Source: Nannocystis bainbridge | GTDB taxonomy: Bacteria; Myxococcota_A; Polyangia; Nannocystales; Nannocystaceae | Assembly (NCBI RefSeq): GCF_028368995.1 | Contig: NZ_JAQNDL010000003.1 | Coordinates: 1,792,001 to 1,856,000 of the forward strand | Length of the DNA stretch: 64,000 nucleotides | Reading direction: 5' to 3' | Part shown: piece by piece, positions 1-10,308 of the stretch | Layout of the letters: each line of letters begins with the position of its first letter | Numbering within the stretch: the stretch's first letter is position 1 | Notes under the pieces: model-generated | Told to the model about the DNA's origin: nothing | Database searches by the model: none | Seen by the model: the letters and a program-made list of their open reading frames with translations, nothing else | Program-made: the position numbers and the translations under genes

Positions 1-1
1 C

Positions 2-238
2 CCGGAGTCGTGGGAGGCTCGCATGCGACATGCCGAAGCGCGCGCGCGCCGGTGCCTGACGAAGGCGAACGCGAAGCCGCGACCCCTCGACGTGACCATC
101 GCCGCCGACAAGCCGCCGAGCGTGTGGGGCGCGACGTCCGAATCACCCGAGGCGCAGTGCATCCGCGAGGCGCTCTCCCATTTCAAGCTGACGGTCGCCC
201 AGGGTCAGCGACAGCACACCTTCTTCGAGGAAACGTGA
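2..238 (+). CDS. 3' end of a hypothetical protein (truncated by window start)
   Basis: Frame is open from base 2 to TGA at 238, and the stop abuts the RBS/ATG of the next gene. Confidence 0.55.
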   Translation, partial: PESWEARMRHAEARARRCLTKANAKPRPLDVTIAADKPPSVWGATSESPEAQCIREALSHFKLTVAQGQRQHTFFEET

Positions 239-240
239 CC

Positions 241-1068
241 ATGCTCGTTCATCTCGTCCTCGCCCTCGCCATGCTCGCGCCGCCACCGTCCAAGGCGGCT
301 GCCCAAAAGGCCTTCAACGACGGCCAGTGGCAGACCGCGCTCGAGCTGTACCTCGAGATCGCCGAGACTCCCGGCGTGCACCCTCCGCACGCTCTGGTCG
401 GCGCGCACGACAGCCTCCGCGCGCTCCACGACGCCGCGCCGACCGAGCCACATCTCTGCCGCGCGCTCGAGCTGGCGCGCGAGGTCCTCCGCCGCGACGA
501 CCTCAGCGACAGCGAACGGGCCTACTGGCGCGAGCTCGAGGCCGACGACGCGGCGCGGGCCGGTGCGACGTGCACTCCCGCCACAGCACCGAGCGAACCC
601 GTCGAGACCGAGCCGCCGACGCCATCCTCGGACGATGCACCCGACGCTGCGACGCCACCGCCCGCACCGATCCCGGAGGGACCGATCGCAGCGCCGGCCG
701 TGCAGGGCAGCGAGCCGCGTCGCCCCGCCACGGCGAGGATCGTCACGGGCTCGCTCCTCTCGATCGCCGGCGCGGGCCTCGTCGGCGGCATGCTCGGCGT
801 CCTCGTCCGGCGAGAGCACGCGGACGAGAAGATCGCCGGGCTCACCACAATCTTGCTCGCCGAGGATCGCCGACCGACCCCGGCCGAGTCCGACGCGATC
901 GCAGCTGCGCGTGCATCTTATAAGGAGGATCGGACCACCGCCTGCGTGCTCGGGATCCTCGGCGGTGTAAGCCTGCTTACAGGTCTGGCGCTCGCGCTGG
1001 CGCCGGCGCGTCCATCGCCACTCGCGCGACTCCGCGCCGACGCGGCCGGAATCGTGTACTCCTTCTAA
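241..1068 (+). CDS. Secreted/membrane hypothetical protein (signal peptide, TPR-like helical N-terminus, Pro-rich linker, two C-terminal TM helices)
   Basis: ATG at 241 with GAGGA upstream; MLVHLVLALAML signal; hydrophobic segments near the C-terminus. Confidence 0.75.
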   Translation: MLVHLVLALAMLAPPPSKAAAQKAFNDGQWQTALELYLEIAETPGVHPPHALVGAHDSLRALHDAAPTEPHLCRALELAREVLRRDDLSDSERAYWRELEADDAARAGATCTPATAPSEPVETEPPTPSSDDAPDAATPPPAPIPEGPIAAPAVQGSEPRRPATARIVTGSLLSIAGAGLVGGMLGVLVRREHADEKIAGLTTILLAEDRRPTPAESDAIAAARASYKEDRTTACVLGILGGVSLLTGLALALAPARPSPLARLRADAAGIVYSF

Positions 1069-1083
1069 AAGAAGAGGTTGCCC

Positions 1084-2754
1084 GTGCACCGCCGACTCTG
1101 GACCATCCCATGCATCTCGCTCGCGGTCGCGGCGTGCTCCCTCGAGCCGCCATCGTACGCGGCTTACACCGCGGCCCTCGATCACCTGTCCGCAGGGACA
1201 GATACGGAAGGGTCGTCGGGATCGACGAGCACGACCACGACCACGACGGCACTCACGAGCTCCGGCGCGACCGCGACAGGGAGCTCGTGGGCGACGACGT
1301 CGGACGGCGAGACGGCGAGCGGCGGGATGACGGGCGACGACGGCAACGCTCTGCCGCTCGAGGTCGCGGTACTCCTGGGCCCCTCGTCGGTGAGCAAGGT
1401 CGGCGAGGTGTTGGTGAACGTGTGGACGTCGCGGCCGGTGAAGACGATCGACATCTTCGACGGCGAAGAGCCGCTCGTGCTCGGGGCGGCGCCCAAGACC
1501 CCGGTCGCCGTGCTCGAAGTGACCTCCGATCAGAGCCCAGGCGACGGCATGCATATGATCCGCGCCGTCGCGCACGCCGAGGACGGCGTGATCGGCCAGG
1601 CGGAGAGGGACCTGCTCATCGACGTCGCGCCGGGCGGCACCGACGTGTGGCCGCCCTACGTCCACGCGGGGCCCGTCAGCGCCTTCACGGGCGTGACGCT
1701 GCTCGGCGATCAGTCGATCGCGGCCTCGGGCGTCATCGAGGCGAAGGAAGGTCTGGTAGCGGTCGTGATGCAGTTCGACGGCGCGACGGGCAACGTCGAG
1801 GCGGGACCGATCTCCCTCGGCAAGATCTCCGTCGCGGCCGCGGGCCACGGTCCGGCCATCGCCGCAGGCGACGACGGCGCCGTCTACGTGGCCTCGACGC
1901 GCGCCGGAACCACGTGGGCGGTGTCCAAGGTACGGCCCGGCAACCCGTTGCCGCTGGTGTGGACGGTGACGGGCGAGCTCGGGACCCAGGCCTTCGGGAT
2001 CACGTTCGCGGGCAATCGCGTGGTCGTCGTCGGGGCCAGCGAGGTCGCTCCCGGCACCCATGACCTCAAGGTCTGGTGGCTCGCAACCGAAGACGGCGAA
2101 CTGCTCGACGAGAGCACCTTCGCCGCGGGTTCGGAGGACGACCCGGGCAACCTATTGGATGAACTCGGACGGGCTGCGACTCTCGTTGGCGATCGCCTCG
2201 TCGTCGTGGGAGAGCGCCAGATCGAGGGAGAATTCAACAACCCCTACCGTCGCGCGGTCGTGCTGCACTACTCCCTCGCGGGGATCTTGCTCGACGAGTG
2301 GACCTCACCAGGAGAGCTGCTGGAAGAAGACGCCGGGATGGCCGTGGCGCCGCTGCGCGACGGTGGGTTCGTCGTCACCGGCTGGGGCCGCAACGTCTTC
2401 ACCATCCGCCAGGTGCTGACGCGGTGGTTCTCCGCCACCGGTGAGGCTGGCCCCGTGCGGATCGAGTCCACGCCGGGGAATGACGCGATCGCCTACGCGA
2501 TCGGCGAGGACCGCGAGGGCAAGCTCGTCCTCGCGGGCTCGCGCAAGACGCCGGCGACCGACGCGGACGCGTGGATCTTCGCCATCTCCGGCCCGCTCGG
2601 TGCCCATACCTGGGACGTCATCCGCAGCGGTCCCGGCAAGGGGCCCGACCAGACCGCCGACCTCGCCATCGGTCCGTGGGGCCACGTGTCCGTCGTCGGC
2701 GGCGAGTTCGCCGACTTGCAGCCACGGGCCTTCGCCATGCGCCTCTACCCCTGA
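1084..2754 (+). CDS. Lipoprotein with Ser/Thr-rich linker and beta-propeller-like C-terminal repeats
   Basis: Lipobox LAVAAC; STSTTTTTT linker; repeated beta-strand motifs (VVVVGA, LVVVGE, FVVTGW, LVLAGS). Start may be 1078 or 1084. Confidence 0.75.
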   Translation: MHRRLWTIPCISLAVAACSLEPPSYAAYTAALDHLSAGTDTEGSSGSTSTTTTTTALTSSGATATGSSWATTSDGETASGGMTGDDGNALPLEVAVLLGPSSVSKVGEVLVNVWTSRPVKTIDIFDGEEPLVLGAAPKTPVAVLEVTSDQSPGDGMHMIRAVAHAEDGVIGQAERDLLIDVAPGGTDVWPPYVHAGPVSAFTGVTLLGDQSIAASGVIEAKEGLVAVVMQFDGATGNVEAGPISLGKISVAAAGHGPAIAAGDDGAVYVASTRAGTTWAVSKVRPGNPLPLVWTVTGELGTQAFGITFAGNRVVVVGASEVAPGTHDLKVWWLATEDGELLDESTFAAGSEDDPGNLLDELGRAATLVGDRLVVVGERQIEGEFNNPYRRAVVLHYSLAGILLDEWTSPGELLEEDAGMAVAPLRDGGFVVTGWGRNVFTIRQVLTRWFSATGEAGPVRIESTPGNDAIAYAIGEDREGKLVLAGSRKTPATDADAWIFAISGPLGAHTWDVIRSGPGKGPDQTADLAIGPWGHVSVVGGEFADLQPRAFAMRLYP

Positions 2755-2810
2755 TCGCTGCACGATCTCGACTGGCGGGTCCTCCCGGATCGAGGACCCG
2801 CCCGCCCATC

Positions 2811-3902
2811 TCACTGCGGGACGAACACGTCGCACTGCGTCTTGATCTTCGCCGCGGCCTCCGCGAAGTAGCTCGCGTAGCCCGCCTCGTTGCAGATCGA
2901 GCCGAACACCGAGTGAGGCATCAGCTCCGTCCAGGTCCGGAGTTCGTGGTAACCGGGAGGAACCCCGATGTAGCCGCACAACCCGTCCGGGTCGTCGATA
3001 TCGTTGGTGATGACGAGCAGCACCACGGCATCCGCGTCGCCCCCCTTGGCCTCCACTAGCGCGTCCGCCCAGTCTTGAGGCGTGCCGGCGCTGAACTCGT
3101 CCCACGTGTCCTGGATGGCGACGACCACGAGCAGCGCGTCCTCCCGGAGAAAGCCCGCGTCGCACCCGCCCGGCTCGTTGATCTCCTCGGTCAGGGCATT
3201 CATCGTGACCTCGGCGACGTTGTCGGCGCCGTTGACTCCGACCGACGCGATACAGGTGAACGCGTCCTCGAGCTCGGGCTGCCCTGCGGTGATGTAGCGA
3301 CGACCGCTGGCGAGGTCGCACCGCTTGTTGCTCGCGTGCTCGCCGATCGGGTACGTGACGCCCGCTCCGCGGACCGTGTCGCACGGCTCGGGTTTGACGC
3401 CGCAGGGGTACTCGGGCACCTCGGGACAGAAGTCCTCACAGTTGGCGCACAGCACAGGGTGCCCCCACAGCGGCGACGTGTTCGCCGACAGGATGTGATA
3501 GTCGAACTCCGCGAACTCGCTCTCGAGCGTGCCGATGAAGCCCGGGAAGCTCGACTTCAGCCAGCCCTGCGCGACCTCCATCGTCCAGGCCGAGCTGATC
3601 GTGAACACAAAATCGATCTTGCCCTTGCAGCCCGCCGGCGGCTTGTCGCCCCCGTCCGGCGGGACCCCGCCGTCCGGGATGCCGCCCACCGAACTGCTCG
3701 AGCTCTCCGCCGAGCTCCCCGCAGCCGAGTCCTCGCCCGTGCCCGTCGCGCCGCTCGTCGTGGTACTCGCCGTCGTCTCACCCCCGCCGGTGGTCGAAGT
3801 CCCGACCGGCGCCGTCGTGATGCTCGTGCTGAACCCCGAACCCTGCCCGCTGCCATTGTTGCAGGCGAGGACGGCGGCAGCAGCGAGCACGAAGCGGCGC
3901 AT
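2811..3902 (-). CDS. Myxobacterial vWA-like lipoprotein, copy 1
   Basis: MRRFVLAAAAVLAC lipobox; S/T/G linker; KIDFVFTISS (degenerate MIDAS) and FLREDALLVVVAIQD motifs typical of this family. Confidence 0.8.
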   Translation of the reverse strand: MRRFVLAAAAVLACNNGSGQGSGFSTSITTAPVGTSTTGGGETTASTTTSGATGTGEDSAAGSSAESSSSSVGGIPDGGVPPDGGDKPPAGCKGKIDFVFTISSAWTMEVAQGWLKSSFPGFIGTLESEFAEFDYHILSANTSPLWGHPVLCANCEDFCPEVPEYPCGVKPEPCDTVRGAGVTYPIGEHASNKRCDLASGRRYITAGQPELEDAFTCIASVGVNGADNVAEVTMNALTEEINEPGGCDAGFLREDALLVVVAIQDTWDEFSAGTPQDWADALVEAKGGDADAVVLLVITNDIDDPDGLCGYIGVPPGYHELRTWTELMPHSVFGSICNEAGYASYFAEAAAKIKTQCDVFVPQ

Positions 3903-3967
3903 GGAACCCGCAGTATAGCGGACCGACACACGAAGTCGATGCGTCGAGGCCGCGCTCTGTACACCCT

Positions 3968-4104
3968 TCGCCAGGTACTGACGCAGTCGTTCAGTGAGGC
4001 TGGCCGCCGACCTCGCCATCGGTCCGTGGGGCCACGTGTCCGTCGTCGGCGGCGAGTTCGCCGACTTGCAGCCACGGGCCTTCGCCATGCGCCTCTACCC
4101 CTGA
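3968..4104 (+). pseudogene. Internally deleted duplicate of the 3' end of the 1084-2754 gene
   Basis: 3968-4003 resembles 2406-2452 (RQVLT..EAG) and then jumps to a copy of 2654-2754. Confidence 0.7.
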
Positions 4105-4160
4105 TCGCTGCACGATCTCGACTGGCGGGTCCTCCCGGATCGAGGACCCGCCCGCACATC

Positions 4161-5240
4161 TCACTGCGGGACGAACACGTCGCACTGCGTCTTGATCTTC
4201 GCCGCGGCCTCCGCGAAGTAGCTCGCGTACCCCGCCTCGTTGCAGATCGAGCCGAACACCGAGTGAGGCATCAACTCCGTCCAGGTCCGGAGTTCGTGGT
4301 AGCCGGGAGGAACCCCGCTGTAGCCGCACAACCCGTCCGGATCGTCGGTGTCGCTCGTGACGACGACGAGCACCACGGCCTCGGGATCCCCGCCCTTGGC
4401 CTCGACCAACGCGTCCGCCCAGTCCTGAGGCGTGCCGGCGCTGAAATCGTCCCACGTGTCCTGGATGGCGACGACCACGAGCAGCGCGTCCTCGCGGAGG
4501 AAGCCCGCGTCGCACCCGCCCGGGGCGTTGATCTCCTCGGTCAGGGCATTCATCGTGACCTCGGCGACCATCGAGGTGCCGTTGATCCCGACCGACGCGA
4601 TGCAGGTGAACGCCTCTTCGAGCTCGGGCTGCCCTGCAGTGATGTAGCGACGACCGCTGGCGAGGTCGCACCGCTTGTTGCTCGCGTGCTCGCCGATCGG
4701 GTACGTGACGCCCGCCCCGCGGACCTTGTCGCACGGCTCTGGTTCGACCCCGCAGGGATACTCGGGCACCTCGGGACAGAAGTCCTCACAGTTGGCGCAG
4801 AGCACAGGATGCCCCCACAGCGGCGACGTGTTCGCGGACAGGATGTGATAGTCGAACTCCGCGAACTCGCTCTCGAGCGTGCCGATGAAGCCCGGGAAGC
4901 TCGACTTCAGCCAGCCTTGCGCGTCCTCCATCGTCCAGGCCGAGCTGATCGTGAACACAAAATCGATCTTGCCCTTGCAGCCCGCCGGCGGCTTGTCGCC
5001 CCCGTCCGGCGGGACCCCGCCGTCCGGGATGCCGCCCACCGAGCTGCCCGAGCTCCCCGCAGCCGAGTCTTCGCCCGTGCCCGTCGCTCCGCTCGTCGTG
5101 GTACTCGCCGTCGTCTCGACCCCGCCGGTGGTCGACGTCCCGACCGGCGCCGTCGTGATGCTCGTGCTGAACCCCGAGCCCTGCCCGCTGCCGTTGTTGC
5201 AGGCGAGGACGGCGGCAGCAGCGAGCACGAAGCGGCGCAT
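4161..5240 (-). CDS. Myxobacterial vWA-like lipoprotein, copy 2
   Basis: Same start and lipobox as copy 1 and highly similar protein, with a 4-codon shorter linker. Confidence 0.8.
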   Translation of the reverse strand: MRRFVLAAAAVLACNNGSGQGSGFSTSITTAPVGTSTTGGVETTASTTTSGATGTGEDSAAGSSGSSVGGIPDGGVPPDGGDKPPAGCKGKIDFVFTISSAWTMEDAQGWLKSSFPGFIGTLESEFAEFDYHILSANTSPLWGHPVLCANCEDFCPEVPEYPCGVEPEPCDKVRGAGVTYPIGEHASNKRCDLASGRRYITAGQPELEEAFTCIASVGINGTSMVAEVTMNALTEEINAPGGCDAGFLREDALLVVVAIQDTWDDFSAGTPQDWADALVEAKGGDPEAVVLVVVTSDTDDPDGLCGYSGVPPGYHELRTWTELMPHSVFGSICNEAGYASYFAEAAAKIKTQCDVFVPQ

Positions 5241-6067
5241 GGAACCCGCAGTATAACGCGGCCGACGCGCAGAGTCACGCCAGGGGGCGCTGAACGGCCG
5301 CCATGCCGAACGTTCGGTCGTCGGCTGGCACCTCCATTCGCGGCGTACGCGTCCGCGAGGGCTGCTCGGCGCGCTCCACCAGCGCGTCGAGACCGTGGCG
5401 CCGCGCCGCGCCGCGCGCTGCTCCTCGAGCTGACCCAGCACCAGCGGCTGACGGCAACCGGGTCGCCCTGGCGCGAACGACGGCCATCCCTCTCTTCCGG
5501 CGCCCATCACTCGGCGAGCTCGGGTCGCCGGTGTCGACACATACGACAATCCATGGCTCGATCTCGATGTTCGCCCACGAATGATGGATGGACCGGAGCT
5601 GGATTCGTCATGGACGGGACTATCCATTTCGTCCGTACTCTCCCGCCTCATCGTCGACGCTCCACTCGAGCCGCGGGAATCGTCGCCTGGGCCGCGCTGG
5701 CCCCATGCGACGACGAACGCTCCATGGTCCTGCGCGCGGACCTCGACCGAGGCCTCGCCGTGCGACCACGCGGAACGGCGGCGCGTCCGCCATTGCGACG
5801 AACGATATCGACACAGCGTGACGCTGCCGTCGCCGCGGTGACAGATGTCGGCGTCAGGCCCACCGCGCTCGCCACCACCCTGCCTCCAGGCGGGGCGCAT
5901 TCGCGGGCGCCAGCGCTCGCCACTACAGCCTCTGCAGACCTCACCGGCGGCCGCGACGCCGGGGTGCGATGATTCGCGGATGCCTCCGAATCCACGCGAG
6001 CAGCGGGGCAGCGGGCGGTCTGCGTGAGCGCTTGTCCTCCCCGGTCACATCGTCTAGCGTCGCCCCG

Positions 6068-6985
6068 ATGTCCGATGTCGAGTCGCGGATCCACCAGCTC
6101 GTCCGGCGCGTCCGCAGCATCGTCGACGCCGGCGTCCCGGAGCCGATCGCCGCGCCCGGCGACGACGCGCTCGGCGAGCTCGAGCGCGAGGTCAACCAGC
6201 TGATCCGCGCCTCCGACGCCCGCCTGCAGGAGCGGCTCCTGTTCGCCGTCGGCCCGGTCGTCGTGTTCCGCTGGCAGAACCGCGACGGCTGGCCGATCGA
6301 GTACGTCTCGCCCAACGTCGCCTCGCTGACCGGCTACCCGCTCGAGGACTTCGCCAGCGGCCGCCGGCCCTACGCCTCGCTGATCCACGCCGACGACCTC
6401 GCCCAGGTGTTCGAGGAGGTGACCAGCAACAGCAACGGCGGCGCCTCGTGGTTCGTCCACCAGCCCTACCGCCTGCGCCACGCCGACGGCCGCTCGCTGT
6501 GGATCGCCGATTACACCGTCATCCTGCGCGACGACGCCGGCACCATCACCCACTACTTCGGCTACATCATGGACATCACCGACCAGGTCGATCAGATGTC
6601 GCGCCTGCGCGCCCAGGAGCAGGTGATCGAGCGCCTCGGCAGCCCCGTCCTGCAGGTCGGCCGCGGCGTGCTGGCGGTCCCCGTGCTCGGCGGCCTGCAC
6701 GGCGACCGGGCCGCCCGCATGACCGACGACCTGCTGTCGGCGATCTCGCGCCTGGGCGCCCACACCGCCATCCTCGACCTCACCGGCCTGCTCGAGATCG
6801 ACACCGCCACCATCGAATCGCTGCTGCGGACCAGCCGCGCCGTCGGCCTGCTCGGCTGTCGCTGCGTCCTGTCCGGCATCTCGCCGCTGGTGGCGACGCT
6901 GATCGTCCGGCTCGGCCTCGAGGCCCAGTCGCTGACCACCGCCGCCACCCTGCAAGACGCCCTCGAGCTCGCCCTCCGCGCCTGA
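6068..6985 (+). CDS. PAS + STAS domain protein (RsbR-like)
   Basis: PAS (YVSPNVASLTGY..IHADD) followed by STAS (SPVLQV..VPVLG..ILDLTG..LSGISP). Confidence 0.88.
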   Translation: MSDVESRIHQLVRRVRSIVDAGVPEPIAAPGDDALGELEREVNQLIRASDARLQERLLFAVGPVVVFRWQNRDGWPIEYVSPNVASLTGYPLEDFASGRRPYASLIHADDLAQVFEEVTSNSNGGASWFVHQPYRLRHADGRSLWIADYTVILRDDAGTITHYFGYIMDITDQVDQMSRLRAQEQVIERLGSPVLQVGRGVLAVPVLGGLHGDRAARMTDDLLSAISRLGAHTAILDLTGLLEIDTATIESLLRTSRAVGLLGCRCVLSGISPLVATLIVRLGLEAQSLTTAATLQDALELALRA

Positions 6986-7136
6986 GATCGTCCGGGGCGC
7001 GCGCGACCGTCGTGACTCGAGCGCCCCGCTGCGCGCGCCTGCTCCCGCGCGGGCACGTCGCCGGCGCTGCCTGCCGGGACATGTCCGAAGGGGCATGTAT
7101 TGACATCCGCGCTTCAGGACACGCGCGCGCGAGCTC

Positions 7137-7550
7137 TCAGCACGAGTTCATGCATTTGTAGTTCTCGTACTCCCAGGGCCCGCAGCCGCCGCAGGACGGA
7201 GGGCTCGGGGCGGCGTAGCACCAGCGGTGATAGTGGGTGTACGTCTTGCCGTCATCGCCCCGCTCGATCTCGCACGAGCCGCAGCTCCCCTCGTCCGTCT
7301 TGAATTCCCAGAAGCCCTGACAGACCCCCTCGGAGACCTGCGGCGCGTCCGCGAGGGCCGGCGGTTCCTCGGGGAGGTGTTCGCTCGCCGCGGGCTCGGC
7401 CGGCAGCGACTCGCAGAGGGGGAGCAGGGCGGCGAGCTCGTCGGAAGTCACGGGGGCGAGCGCGGAGTCCCGCCAGGACGGCGCCTCCGCCGGATCGCAC
7501 GCGGCCACGAGGAGCGAGGCGACACACAATGTACAGCTTCGAAGGTTCAT
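7137..7550 (-). CDS. Small Cys-rich lipoprotein, paralog B
   Basis: Lipobox LVAAC, acidic spacer, C-terminal 8-Cys domain with RWCY.APSP.SC; starts 7 bp after the stop of paralog A. Confidence 0.75.
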   Translation of the reverse strand: MNLRSCTLCVASLLVAACDPAEAPSWRDSALAPVTSDELAALLPLCESLPAEPAASEHLPEEPPALADAPQVSEGVCQGFWEFKTDEGSCGSCEIERGDDGKTYTHYHRWCYAAPSPPSCGGCGPWEYENYKCMNSC

Positions 7551-7557
7551 GACACCA

Positions 7558-7989
7558 TCACCCCCGGCATTCATTCACGCACCACCAATTCATCACGGTG
7601 GCGGGCTCGCAGCCGCAGCTGACCGGACTCGGGGCCTTGTAGCACCAGCGCTTGTAGTTCACCCGTTTGAAGCCCCACTTCTGGATCACGTCGTGCCAGC
7701 AGGTCCCGCACGCCTCGTCGACGCTGGGGTAGTCCCAGTAGCCGTCGATGCATTCGCCCTTGGCCGGGTGTGGCGAGTCCGCGAGGTCGTCCGGGCCGAT
7801 CGGCGGCGCTGCGGCCTCCTCCTCGGCGAGCTCGCACAGGTCGCGGAGCTCGTCCTCGGAGACGACGTCGAGGACGGCCGCGGCGTCCTCGGCGAGCGCC
7901 GCGTCAGGGTCGTCGCAGGCCGCGAGGGCGAGCGCGCAGAGCCACCCCGCGGCGGTGAGCATTCGTGGTTTCGTGGTCGTCGCTGTCAT
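7558..7989 (-). CDS. Small Cys-rich lipoprotein, paralog A
   Basis: GGAG RBS; lipobox LAAC; same 8-Cys domain (C..GYW..CGTC..RWCYKAPSPVSCGC..C...C). Confidence 0.75.
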   Translation of the reverse strand: MTATTTKPRMLTAAGWLCALALAACDDPDAALAEDAAAVLDVVSEDELRDLCELAEEEAAAPPIGPDDLADSPHPAKGECIDGYWDYPSVDEACGTCWHDVIQKWGFKRVNYKRWCYKAPSPVSCGCEPATVMNWWCVNECRG

Positions 7990-8411
7990 CGTCGGTGCTC
8001 CCTTGAATGGAGTCGTCACGCCGGCCACCCGCGTGGTGCCCGGCCTTCTCGAGAGATGACAGTCGACCCACGGCGATGTCGCACCGCGTCGACGACAATT
8101 TCTCCACGCGACCGACGGGGGCGCCCGCCCGCGGCGCCAAGCCCCCTGCGAACGGTCGCTCGACGGCCGCGTCCGCTGGCGAATTCCGCAGCACCCCTTC
8201 GCCTGTCTTCCCGGCCAGGTGGTGCGGCCGCTCGAACAGCGGCGCGCCGCGGGCCGCGAGGGTCGAGCGCGACTGGGCGTCGGCTCGCGTCCTCGGCTCA
8301 AAACCCGGCCGACATCAGGTAAACCACCGCTCTCCGCCGGCAGCGCCGCGCTCCACGCCGGCCGCCGCTCGAGCGAGGCCGGCGCGCGCGGTCGGGTACA
8401 GTTCGCGCCGC

Positions 8412-8846
8412 ATGGACTCCATCCTCGTCGGACACGAGCTCGACTTCCTGGCCCGCATCGGCGTCTGCTTGGTCTGCGGCACGACCATCGGCGTCGAGCG
8501 CGAGCTACGCAACAAACCCGCCGGCATCAGCACCAACTGCTTCGTGATCGCCGGCGCGTGTCTTTTCACGTTCATCTCGCAGCAGGCCGATCCGGAGAGC
8601 CCGGCTCGCATCGCCGCGCAGGTCGTGTCGGGAGTCGGCTTCCTCGGCGCCGGCATGATCCTGAAGGCCGCCGGCGACAAGATCACCAACCTGACCACCG
8701 CCGCGTCCGTGTGGTTCGGCGCCGCGGTCGGCATGTCCATCGGCATGGGCTGGTACGTCATCGCCGCGATCGGTACCGTCTACGCGGTCCTGGTACCGCG
8801 TATCCCGCACGTCAAGAAGTGGCGGAAGCAGACGCCGGACGGTTGA
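8412..8846 (+). CDS. MgtC/SapB family membrane protein
   Basis: IGVERE..KPAG, RIAAQVVSGVGFLGAG and LTTAASVW signatures. Confidence 0.92.
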   Translation: MDSILVGHELDFLARIGVCLVCGTTIGVERELRNKPAGISTNCFVIAGACLFTFISQQADPESPARIAAQVVSGVGFLGAGMILKAAGDKITNLTTAASVWFGAAVGMSIGMGWYVIAAIGTVYAVLVPRIPHVKKWRKQTPDG

Positions 8847-8979
8847 TCGAGGGCGCCGTCGGCGATCGTGACAGCGCGGAGGTCGGCGACGACGAGGCGC
8901 CGCTGCACGCCCAAGTCGCCATGCGCGACGCCTCTTGCTCGACGAGGGCCGTCGAACCGGTCTGCGCGGCCTTCGGCGA

Positions 8980-10308
8980 TCACTCGAGATCGCCGACCTC
9001 GACCACCCGGCGCACCTCGAGCTCGGCCAACCTCGCCGCCACGGCCAGCTGAAGATCGCGGAGCCGCATGTCGCGCACGCTGAGGCTCGCGTCGACCAGC
9101 TCGAACGCGCTCAGGCGGCCATTTTGATAGCCCGCCTGCGCCTGCAGCCGCAGCGCGTCCGCGGCCCCGCGGCCCATCTCCACGTGGCGCAGCGACGCCT
9201 CGAGGCGCCCCAGCGCCACCGTGTGCGTCGCCTGCAGCCGCTGCTCCGCCGCCAGCACCAGCGTGCGCGCCACGCTGTCGGCCGCCCGCACCTCCGCCCG
9301 CGCCCGGTCGACGAAGCCTTGCCCGCGCGACAGCACCGGCAGCGGGATCGTCACGCCTGCGCCCACGTCCACCTGCCCCGGCCCCTGCCCGAAGCCTGCT
9401 GCCACGCGGAGGCCGATGCCCGGGAAGATCTCGCGCTTCGCCACCCGCACCTGCGCCCGCGCCCCGTCGATCCGGGCCTGCGCCGCTGCCAGGTCGGGCC
9501 GCTCCTCGAGCATGCGCTGGCGCAGCGCCTCGATCCCGCCCATCTCCGGCCGCGCGAACAGGTCGACCCGCGGCGCCCCGCGCAGCCGCGGCGCCAGCGG
9601 GCCGACCGCGACCTCGAGCTCCCCGCGCGCCGCCGACACCTCCGCCTCCGCGCTGCGCACCGCCGCCTCGCCCGCCATCACCTCGAGCGCGATGCGGGTC
9701 GCGTCGTACCGCGGCGTCACCCCGCCCGCGACCCGCGTGGTGACGATGCGCTCGCTCTCTCGCAGGTCGTCGAGCGCGTCGCTGTGGATCTCCACCGCCT
9801 GGCGCGCGCTCGCCAGCCCGATCATCGCCCGCTCGACCTCCAGCTCGAGCCCGCGGACCAGCCGTTGCCCCTCGGCCGCCACCGCCCGCGCCTCGTGCTG
9901 CGCCGCCTCCCCGCGGGCCTTCGGCGCCCCGGTCACCGGCAACCACTGCCCCACCCCGACCACCATCGCGCCCGCGCGGTCGTACGAAGTCGAGCGGATG
10001 CCGAGGAAGTAATCGGCGTTGATGACCGGGTTCTCCCACAGCCGCGCCGCCACCTGGGTGGCCGCCGCCGCCTCGACCCGCGCCGCCGCGTAGTCGCGCA
10101 GCGGATGGCCCTCGCGCATCGCCGCCACCGCCTGCGCCAGGGTGAACCCGGGCTCGACCTCGACCGCGTCCGCGCGCCCTCCGGGCCGCCGCGTCGCCGC
10201 TCCTGGCCGCGCCGAAGGATCGGCGACCACCGCGTCCTCGCGCGCCGCGGGCTGCACCGCCACCGCCAGCGGCGTCGCCAACCATCCTGCCAGCAGCCAC
10301 GCGATCAC
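8980..10308 (-). CDS. TolC/CzcC-type outer membrane efflux protein
   Basis: Helical OEP repeats (ENP, RPDL, GVTIPLPV); last gene of the RND operon, with a GTGA overlap. Confidence 0.88.
   Translation of the reverse strand: MIAWLLAGWLATPLAVAVQPAAREDAVVADPSARPGAATRRPGGRADAVEVEPGFTLAQAVAAMREGHPLRDYAAARVEAAAATQVAARLWENPVINADYFLGIRSTSYDRAGAMVVGVGQWLPVTGAPKARGEAAQHEARAVAAEGQRLVRGLELEVERAMIGLASARQAVEIHSDALDDLRESERIVTTRVAGGVTPRYDATRIALEVMAGEAAVRSAEAEVSAARGELEVAVGPLAPRLRGAPRVDLFARPEMGGIEALRQRMLEERPDLAAAQARIDGARAQVRVAKREIFPGIGLRVAAGFGQGPGQVDVGAGVTIPLPVLSRGQGFVDRARAEVRAADSVARTLVLAAEQRLQATHTVALGRLEASLRHVEMGRGAADALRLQAQAGYQNGRLSAFELVDASLSVRDMRLRDLQLAVAARLAELEVRRVVEVGDLE

Larger units (their letters stand above)
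2654..5255. repeat. Tandem duplication with offset 1350 bp (2654-3917 vs 4004-5255)
   Basis: Near-identical nucleotide sequence, including the 3' end of the 1084-2754 gene and the entire vWA-like gene. Confidence 0.95.
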
